Of a stretch of DNA of 64,000 nt, positions 39,891 through 47,374 are shown piece by piece. The stretch's first letter is position 1. Each line of letters opens with the position of its first letter. This DNA comes from Bdellovibrionales bacterium (GTDB lineage: Bacteria > Bdellovibrionota > Bdellovibrionia > Bdellovibrionales > UBA1609): NCBI GenBank assembly GCA_965199825.1, contig OZ241329.1, positions 2,112,001-2,176,000 of the forward strand, written 5' to 3'. A program made the translations under genes and the position numbers. The notes beneath the pieces are model-generated. The model ran no database searches and was not told where the DNA came from. It saw nothing but the letters and a program-made list of their open reading frames with translations.

Positions 39891-40743
39891 AGATTTTTCG
39901 GCTCAAAGAAAATATCTCGCGATGTTTTCAAGCGTGACCGAAGGTATTACCACCGATGTGTCTCGCATGTTTGTGCCCCTCGATGATCATTTGGTGCATC
40001 GTGGGGATGGAATTTTTGAAGCGTTGAGAGTGATTGATGGAGAGCCCTCGGATCTTGAAGCCCATCTCAGTCGACTCGAAATTTCGGCAAAAAAAGTTTA
40101 TTTGAAAATTCCGTATTCTTCGCCTGAGATCGAAAAAATTATTTTAAAAATGATTGAAGTGTCACAGACGAAAAGCGCAATGATCCGGCTTTTTGTTTCT
40201 CGGGGGCCTGGCAGTTTTTCGGTTTCGCCAAGAGACAGCGTGGGCTCGCAGCTCTATGTGGTGCTCACCGAATTTCATCCGATGCCCCAAAAAAGTTATG
40301 AACAGGGCGTCAGCGTGATGATTTCCAAATATATTCAAAAGCCCAATTTTTTTGCCCAAATTAAATCCTGCAACTATTTGCAAAATGTTTTGGTCAAAAA
40401 TGAAGCGCTCGAGTCAGAAATCGATTTTTCGATTTGCCTGACCGAAGACGGATTTATCTCTGAGGGTCCCACCGAAAATATTTGCTACATCAAGGGCCAA
40501 ACTTTATTTGTTCCGCTCTTTGATTACACTTTAAAAGGCACAACACTTTTGCGCGCAATGACTGAGGCAAAAAAACTTGGGCTCACTGTGATTCAAAAAA
40601 ACATTACGGTGGACGAAATGCATTCGGCTGATGAGGTCGCAATGGTCGGTACCACCATCGAGGTCTTGCCTGTTAAAACCTTTGATGGAAAAACGCTTCC
40701 GCAAGTGGCCAAGCAGTTTTTAAAAATTCGGCAGGCGCTTTAG
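39844..40743 (+). CDS. PLP-dependent aminotransferase class IV (D-amino-acid aminotransferase / ADC-lyase-like)
   Basis: HRGDGIFE, HLSRL, KSCNY, EGPTEN, L.GTT; likely start ATG 39844. Confidence 0.85.
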   Translation: MNPTLISPSEWDKRTKDFSAQRKYLAMFSSVTEGITTDVSRMFVPLDDHLVHRGDGIFEALRVIDGEPSDLEAHLSRLEISAKKVYLKIPYSSPEIEKIILKMIEVSQTKSAMIRLFVSRGPGSFSVSPRDSVGSQLYVVLTEFHPMPQKSYEQGVSVMISKYIQKPNFFAQIKSCNYLQNVLVKNEALESEIDFSICLTEDGFISEGPTENICYIKGQTLFVPLFDYTLKGTTLLRAMTEAKKLGLTVIQKNITVDEMHSADEVAMVGTTIEVLPVKTFDGKTLPQVAKQFLKIRQAL

Positions 40744-41499
40744 TATTGGTGATCTTCTTCTGTTCTCAGGTGGAGATGATCCGGAGTCGGCTGTGAGCCC
40801 GCCGCAATAAATAGTATGGGTTCCATCGTGTGCTCATCATTGAACAAAACAAAAGTAAAAATCAGCCGCTGCAGTTGAGGAGACATGCTTTCCCGAATGC
40901 GTTCGGTGACCGCAATGTCTTGAGAATAAGCTCTCATCACCTCTCGTCGCGCCGACTCAGAGTCACCCCAACGAGTTAAAACAAATTTCTCAAAAGATTT
41001 TGGAACATCTATCGCAAAAGATGAGAAATAAATTTTTGAAGTCGAAACCTTATTAAAGTTGAATGAATTTATAAGAAGTTGATGAAAATCTTCGGTTGAT
41101 TGAAGTGTATCGTAACTCCTAATTTTTTTTATTAAATTGTATAAGGTCGAACTCCAAGTTGCCATGACTCCCACAGAAAAGGATTGCTCCACTGGGAAAT
41201 TTAAAAAAATGGCGTTGAAGAGGATCGGCAATAATAAATAATTGACATTCAAAGTGAGCGAAGGTGAGCAATTCGACTCTTTCCCACTTTTGATATCTTT
41301 TGAGTTCTGGCTTCAACTTGAGGGTACTCATGCTCTTGATCATTTTCTTTTTTAAAAATCTTTTGCAGCTGACGCCTCACTTCATCAAGATTTTTAGATC
41401 AGAATGAGTCTCAATTTCTGAGCTTAGCAAGGCTTCGCAAAGAGCGGGTCTAAAATCCTGAGCATAACCGAAAATCCAAAAAATAATGAAAAAGATCAT
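40740..41499 (-). pseudogene. frameshifted, internally deleted tandem paralog of the 41531-42508 gene
   Basis: Three frames align in order to the neighbour: MIFF..AQDFRPALCEALLS / RQLQKIF..EYPQVE..KVGKS.RIAHLR / LTLNVNYLLLP..SSFAIDVP..ESARRE..RAYS; -1 shifts near 41393 and 41258. Confidence 0.8.
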
Positions 41500-41511
41500 G
41501 AGCTGGATAAA

Positions 41512-41526
41512 GCAATATGAGAGCCA
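41512..41526 (-). promoter_or_regulatory. sigma54 -24/-12 promoter, predicted leaderless
   Basis: TGGCTC-TCATA-TTGC, then 12 nt to ATG 41499. Confidence 0.65.
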
Positions 41527-41530
41527 GCAT

Positions 41531-42508
41531 TTAGTGCTGCGGGTTTAATTTCCAACTGAGTGACTTTAGCCAGTCTCTTCCATTGCCACCAAAGTTTGAG
41601 CCCGTCTTTGTTGATACGGTGGAGCCAGCTCCGATAAACAGAACGTGTTGACCACTCACTTCGTCGGTCAAAATCGAGATCACAAAGCTCAAGCGCTTCA
41701 ATTCAGATTCCATGCTTAAGCGGATGGGGTCGGTGATCTTGGCAGAGGCACTGTAAGCTCGGGTGATCTCTCGACGCGCCGACTCGGGGTTGCCCCACTG
41801 ATTCAGAACCAAACGTTCGAATGCACTTGGAACATCAATTTCAAAAGAAGAGTAAAATATTTGCGAGGCGGCGAGATCTGCCAGCGCCCCATTGGCAATT
41901 TGGTCATCCAGATATCCGATCTCTGGCGCAGAACGGATCTGCGAATAATTTCGGTTTCTTTTTTTTATCGAAAGAAACCGGTAGATCAACCACGATGTGA
42001 GTCCGACACCCGCTGCATCAAGCCGACTGGAATGAAGAACAAGCTCATTCAGCACGGTTGGAATAAGGAACAGGGGCGTGTGCAGATTCAACTTTAATTT
42101 TGCGAGCCCCTCATCCTCTTTTGAATATGCGCTCTCAGATTGGGGTAAATAAAAATTTGCGAATAGGTTGTTGTATTGATCTTTTATTTCCGCCAGCGCC
42201 TGATAAATATTTTGATCGCCCCGAATGACGAGGACTTTTTGGCGTCGCGACTCAATGATTTTTTTAAGTCTTGTCGCTGTTAGCGTTTTACCAATTTTAT
42301 ATTTTTCGCTCACTCCGACTTCAGCCTTAGGAAACTCAGATTCCACACCGTCTGGTTGGACAAAAATTTCTTTTAATTGAGTTTTAATGGTGTTTTCGAG
42401 AGTGGGATCTGAAAGTTTATCGAGTTGGCGACTGAGAAGGGCCTCACAAACCGTGGGTCGAAAATCTTGGGCAAACGAAAAAACCGAGAAAACAATTAAA
42501 ATGACCAT
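41531..42508 (-). CDS. secreted/membrane hypothetical protein
   Basis: Start ATG 42508 (MVILIVFSVFSFA|QDFRPTVCEALLS), supported by the paralog and the promoter. Confidence 0.72.
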   Translation of the reverse strand: MVILIVFSVFSFAQDFRPTVCEALLSRQLDKLSDPTLENTIKTQLKEIFVQPDGVESEFPKAEVGVSEKYKIGKTLTATRLKKIIESRRQKVLVIRGDQNIYQALAEIKDQYNNLFANFYLPQSESAYSKEDEGLAKLKLNLHTPLFLIPTVLNELVLHSSRLDAAGVGLTSWLIYRFLSIKKRNRNYSQIRSAPEIGYLDDQIANGALADLAASQIFYSSFEIDVPSAFERLVLNQWGNPESARREITRAYSASAKITDPIRLSMESELKRLSFVISILTDEVSGQHVLFIGAGSTVSTKTGSNFGGNGRDWLKSLSWKLNPQH

Positions 42509-42520
42509 AAGTGATGCTGA

Positions 42521-42535
42521 GCAATCAAAGTGCCA
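42521..42535 (-). promoter_or_regulatory. consensus sigma54 -24/-12 promoter, predicted leaderless
   Basis: TGGCAC-TTTGA-TTGC(T), then 12 nt to ATG 42508. Confidence 0.75.
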
Positions 42536-42602
42536 CAAGTTTTGGACTTGCGTTTCAAAAAATATGCGATTTAATGAAAAGCACTTCAAGAGGGAACAAC
42601 AT

Positions 42603-42815
42603 ATGAAATCACTAAAACTCAGCTTATTTTCGATGATGACCATGATTGGACTTTCTGGTTGCACCAAGTGCAGTCAAGATCGGCCAACCGAAGCGCCCGC
42701 ACCTCAGGTGAGCGAAGCCGCACCCGTAGCGCCGCAGGGAGCGCCCGGAGCAGAGGCACCTCCCGCAATGGATGATGATTCCGAACATTCCGAAGGAAAA
42801 GGCAGCGGCTCTTGA
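42603..42815 (+). CDS. small Pro/Ala-rich lipoprotein (70 aa)
   Basis: SD GAGGG, ATG 42603, lipobox LSGC, disordered tail. Confidence 0.7.
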   Translation: MKSLKLSLFSMMTMIGLSGCTKCSQDRPTEAPAPQVSEAAPVAPQGAPGAEAPPAMDDDSEHSEGKGSGS

Positions 42816-42840
42816 CATCGTAAGGCGCGCTCTATAGGTT
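42812..42840 (+). promoter_or_regulatory. sigma70 promoter of tRNA-fMet
   Basis: TTGACA(42812)-N17-TAGGTT(42835). Confidence 0.65.
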
Positions 42841-42859
42841 GCGAGTTCGACTGTGTTAT

Positions 42860-42936
<77 letters not shown>

Positions 42937-42943
42937 ATTTTAC

Positions 42944-43074
42944 AAATTCAATATTAAAAATGCTCAAACATCCGTATCGCCAGTAGGCGATCCGAACTCG
43001 CATTTTTAGTATTGGATTTATTTTGGGTTGGATTCTAGCGATTTCGTTGCTGAGATCCAAGCATCGAATTCGAT
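42944..43074 (+). other. double stem-loop plus 12-bp palindrome directly after the tRNA
   Basis: 20-bp stem 42944-63/43000-19 with two G.U pairs, enclosing ATCGCC-agta-GGCGAT; second stem 43028-41/43047-60; ATCGAATTCGAT at 43063-74. Confidence 0.6.
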
Positions 43075-43406
43075 TAATTTTTCATTTAAATTTTTAATGT
43101 CGGTTCGGTAGTGATTTTGTTTGAAGACGGGTTTGGCTGCGGCAAAATTGTCAACAGACTCTCTTTTAAAAATAATAGGAATTTTGTACCTTTCTGGACA
43201 ACCTTTTGAAACTTTTCAAAAAGACGGGCAATTCGGTTCGGACTTGCGGCTGAAGTACTCGATGGAACAGGATCGGAGAAATATCATCTGGAGAAGAATT
43301 GACAGCGATTGACCCAAGGTTTGTTTACACCAACGCTTTGTCTGATTTCAAAACCCTTCGTTGATGCAAGTTGAACAACTCAAATTGCGATATTTTTAAG
43401 CGAACC

Positions 43407-44968
43407 CTATTTTTCTTGATTGCGCATGACCTGAGCCCAACCCAGCTCCATCCAATCAATCTCCTGCTGTATTTGTTGAAATGCGGCATCGCCGATTTTA
43501 TTTTCTTCACGTAATTTGTTTAAGCGCGCGCGCTGAGATTCAGTCGCCAATCGAGCAACAGCGCTTTGATCGAAATCTTCTTGTGTACCAGCTAATTCTT
43601 TTTCAGCTCGTCGCTGCTGAATCTCAAAACTATTTTTCACATGCGCGACTCTTTCTGAATGTGAATCCTCTGCGAAAGACAAAAGGGCCGCATTCAGTGA
43701 TTCGTAGCGCGCATACAAGACTTCTCGCTCCACTGTGCCATCATCTTTAGATTAAGAAATTGAATGAGTGGTCGCAGAGTCAAACCCTGAAAAACAAGTG
43801 TTCCAAGTGTGACACCAAATGCTGTTGCTAGAATTAAATCTCGGTGTGGAAAGGTGGTTGGCAATGCAAGAGCCGATGCGAGGGTCACAGTGCCGCGCAT
43901 GCCACACCATCCAACAAGTAGAGCACTTTTGAAATCCATTCGGAGAGCATCTTGAGGCGTTGAGGACTCTTTCGCTTTTGCGCGCCAGCGATGGTAGGAG
44001 CTTGCACCCAGTACCCAAATCAATCTTGATACAATAACTGCAATGCAAACAACGAAAGCAACAATAAGATACTGAACACCTTCGACTTTGTTTGTTCTTA
44101 AAAGAACTAATTTGAGTTGAAGACCAACGAGCATAAAAGCTAAAACATTTAATACAAAAACCGAGACCTCCCATACGGCATAGGATGGAATACGGATTCG
44201 AGCTTTCACAATTTCTTGAGCGCTCTGTGCAATAACGATTGCGTAAACAACAATTGTTATAATGCCTGAAAGGTGAAGGTTTTCTGCGATTATCCAAACG
44301 GCAAAAGTTGCACAAAACTGAAATATAATAGCGGTTGAGACATCATATGTTCGCGAACTAATAAAGAGCGCAACTTTTGAAAGTCCAACGCCGAGTGCGC
44401 TACTTCCCAGAGTAACAAACAAAAGAGTTGGCAAAACATTCCAGCCAGAAACAGATCCAACAACCACTGCCCCCACTGCAAGCCGATAGACTAAGAGAGC
44501 ACTTGCATCGTTGAAAAGACTTTCGCCTTCTAAAATCACCATCAATCGATGTGGCAGATGAAGCTGTTTTAAAACAGTTGTTGCTGCTGCTGCGTCTGGA
44601 GGGGCAACAATGGCGCCGAGAGCAATCGCAACCGCCCAAGGCATAGTCGGCACAAGGATTATTGCAACTCCAGCTACAATAAGAATAGTTAGAAAAACTG
44701 CACCTAGTGCAAGACCTGCGATGGATTGCCAATTTGCTCGAAGGTCGCGAAGTGAAGAATCAAAGGCCGCATCGAGTAGAACGGGTGCAACAAAAAGTAC
44801 AAGTGCAAGTTCTGGATCAAGAACAAGTGCTGGTATTCCTGGTATCAACGCAAGGGCGGCACCGGCTAACGCTAAGAGCGCAGGGTAGGGTGAAGTGAAG
44901 CGTCTTGCAAAGGCCGCAAGACCTGCTCCAAGTAAAAGAATTGCGATGACGACTTCAAAAACTTCCAT
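43407..44968 (-). pseudogene. CPA1 Na+/H+ antiporter (NhaP/YjcE-like) split by a -1 frameshift
   Basis: APPDAAA, ILEGESLFNDASAL, GMRG.VTLA motifs; the cytoplasmic tail (DDGTVEREV...IDWME) continues in the -1 frame after CTA AAG at 43750-43745. Confidence 0.82.
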
Positions 44969-45174
44969 TTTACGATCGATTCTTGTTTGGTTATGAGAGT
45001 TTGATTCATTTTGTATTTTAAAGCGACAGGTGTTTTTTGAATATAAAATATTTAGTGATGCGAACGATGGTAGCGAATTCGAGCAATTTGATTTTGGAAA
45101 AATTTAAATCCAAAACTAGAATCAAAAATCTGAGCCCCTCCAGTTATTCTTTGGATCTGGTTGATACCAGCTTC

Positions 45175-45189
45175 TCGGGGCAATGTCAT
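45175..45189 (+). repeat. solo copy of the REP-like motif found beside RAYT-like gene 2
   Basis: TCGGGGCAATGTCAT, identical to 53606-53620. Confidence 0.7.
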
Positions 45190-45236
45190 ATTAAGAAATG
45201 TGTATGGAGGCTCTCAAAAAAAGCGGTAGTATAAAA

Positions 45237-46427
45237 CTATTTATTAAACTCGTGATCACTCAAAATATGTTTTAATTCGTGACTTAAGAGTTGGCGAGCA
45301 ATCCGGGTATGGCCGCTCACGCTAGGATGAAAGCAGTCATTGGCAAGATCGCCGGCTTTAAATTGAATGTCTTTGGTTGATGAAGCGTAAATTGCGGAGA
45401 GACCTTGCGGAGCAGTTTTGTTAAATTCATCCACCGCGTTTTTAAGAATTTCGTCTTGCACATACTGAAGATCTCGAACTCGCTGAATGTGTTGTTCGGG
45501 ATGATCGCTTGGCGATAGCACACCTCGACACTCGCCAATCAGGGCTTTGCGCATCGATTCGCTCCACCACATTTTTGGGGTTTCGCCTTTTCGGAGGGCT
45601 TCACAGGTGATTTGGCCTGCACCTTCGAAAAAAATCTTTTGCTGTAAAAGTTCGTGGTTCGTCAAAACGTTTGCCACATCCACGGGAGCAACAATTACGA
45701 TTTTTGTACCTTGTGGGTGCGGTGGAAATTTTGCCGCTTTTTGCATTTGGTCGCGCACTCGTTGTTCAAACATATTTCTAAAATAGTCGACTGGTCGATC
45801 AAAAAAATCGGGATGACAAAAGTCGTTCGCAACATAAGAGACCAACACCAACGGCGGAAGGGTTTTAGTGCCCACTTCAAAAATTCGTTTGAGTTGCTGT
45901 TCAAGGGTGTCGAATTGTTTGCCGTCTTGGCCGGTTGTCACGATATGGTTTGGGTTTACATTTAATGCTCTTCCGACCATATAACCAAAAGCATACTCAG
46001 GTGTATCAATCAGCTTTGATCCTTTTGATTCCAGATCTTTCATAAAAACCGAGCCTTCGCTTCTTTCATATTCCAATTCTTCTTTGGATAGCATCACCCG
46101 GTTCAATGGCTGAACTGGGTTTGTGATATTAAATTCCAGAGGGGATGGATAAACAGAGTAATCTGGAGTGTTGGATGTGGTCTTGCCTCTCAGTATGAAT
46201 ACAAATGATTTTTGTTTAAACCGAGTCCAAGATGCAATAAAACTTGGGTCTGCAGCGGCTCCAGTTGTACTGCTGTCGCCAACAATCGCCATCCAAAATT
46301 CATCAGATTTAGCCGTTTGCTTGTTCTCAGTGGTGCGGTCGTTGGAACCAAATGAATAATCGGCATACAGCGGAGCCGAAAATGCGCTCAATAAAATAAA
46401 GAGATACGTTAGTTTTGAATCGGTCAT
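45237..46427 (-). CDS. secreted SGNH/GDSL hydrolase
   Basis: Signal peptide; block I GDS, block III ANDFC, block V DCFHP. Confidence 0.8.
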   Translation of the reverse strand: MTDSKLTYLFILLSAFSAPLYADYSFGSNDRTTENKQTAKSDEFWMAIVGDSSTTGAAADPSFIASWTRFKQKSFVFILRGKTTSNTPDYSVYPSPLEFNITNPVQPLNRVMLSKEELEYERSEGSVFMKDLESKGSKLIDTPEYAFGYMVGRALNVNPNHIVTTGQDGKQFDTLEQQLKRIFEVGTKTLPPLVLVSYVANDFCHPDFFDRPVDYFRNMFEQRVRDQMQKAAKFPPHPQGTKIVIVAPVDVANVLTNHELLQQKIFFEGAGQITCEALRKGETPKMWWSESMRKALIGECRGVLSPSDHPEQHIQRVRDLQYVQDEILKNAVDEFNKTAPQGLSAIYASSTKDIQFKAGDLANDCFHPSVSGHTRIARQLLSHELKHILSDHEFNK

Positions 46428-46443
46428 AGGTCTCGAAAGAATT

Positions 46444-46458
46444 GCAAGGTTCAGGCCG
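46444..46458 (-). promoter_or_regulatory. sigma54 -24/-12 promoter
   Basis: CGGCCT-GAACC-TTGC(A), then 16 nt to ATG 46427. Confidence 0.6.
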
Positions 46459-46553
46459 CATGCACGGGCTCGAGGATTTGTGTTCGCCGACGATACTGGT
46501 ACGTTTTTATGAACGCATCAAAACCTTCTACGAGCCGCTCCAATTTTTATCAT

Positions 46554-47159
46554 TTATAAGGTCGAACTTAACGATTGAGTTAATTCAGTTTGCTCAGCCG
46601 GAGAGAGGCAATCAAAAAAATCGCCTGAATCACGAATGGCTTTTAAACTGTTTTGTGCTTTTTTGATTCCTTCGCTGTTTTTACTCGCCTTGAAACATTC
46701 AGCCACTTTCCTTAACGATTTACTCAAAGGATCTAAAAAAGGACAGCGCAGAGGTTTTGATAATCGATAGGCCTTTTTTCCTAGAGGTGGCGTTGAGAGC
46801 ATATCGAATCGGCCTGGTAAACAATTTAAATTTGGATGTTCTGGGTTATTTGAGCTGTAGCCATTGGAGGAAGTTGTCATAGCAGCTATCATGGGCCCAC
46901 ATAAAGCAACAAACATAATAGTTCCACCGATCGTATCCAAAACAACTTCGGCTGTGTAGCCAGCACCGGTAAAGAGATAAGACATCGCCGTCCCGCCGAC
47001 TTGAAGCGTTCGATCAATACTATAAGTGTCCAAACTATTTTCGGAAATATGATCAAAAGCCTTCTGTCAAAGTCCGTGAGACAGATCGCTTTCAAATTTT
47101 TTTTGATTCGATGTGCACGAAACGAAAAATATAAATAAAAATAGCTCTGCTTTTTTCAT
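46554..47159 (-). pseudogene. lipoprotein gene with an in-frame TGA at codon 31
   Basis: MKKAELFLFIFFVSC (lipobox)...DLSHGL*QKAFDHISENSLDTYSIDR reads through in the same frame into ORF 46554-47033; TGA at 47069-47067. Confidence 0.7.
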
Positions 47160-47328
47160 CATCAAAGACAGATGCAGCAACCCTCTTGTAAAAACAATTG
47201 TTTTTTAACCTAAGAGGGTGAGAACCTTAAGTGTCTCATAACAGACCAAAGACGGTGTCTCACATCGCCTATATTTTAGGACATGTCATAAAGTTCAGCG
47301 TTCAAATAAAAATTAAACATTTCTGATA

Positions 47329-47343
47329 GGGCCCACCCTTTGC
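47329..47343 (+). promoter_or_regulatory. sigma54-like -24/-12 promoter
   Basis: GGGCCC-ACCCT-TTGC(T), GG-N10-GC; followed by SD GAGGG and ATG 47375. Confidence 0.55.
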
Positions 47344-47374
47344 TCTGTTAGTATGTAAATAAGAGGGAATTAAA

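Noticed and set aside
43121..43400. Short ORF 43121-43312 and the TTTTGAA/TTCAAAA hairpin
   Set aside because: TTG start, no SD and no recognisable motif; possibly a gene remnant, but unsupported
46554..47159. Genome-wide UGA recoding (genetic code 4 or 25)
   Set aside because: Many conserved genes here end in TGA at the expected position (e.g. prfC, scpA, hbd operon neighbours) and use TGG for Trp
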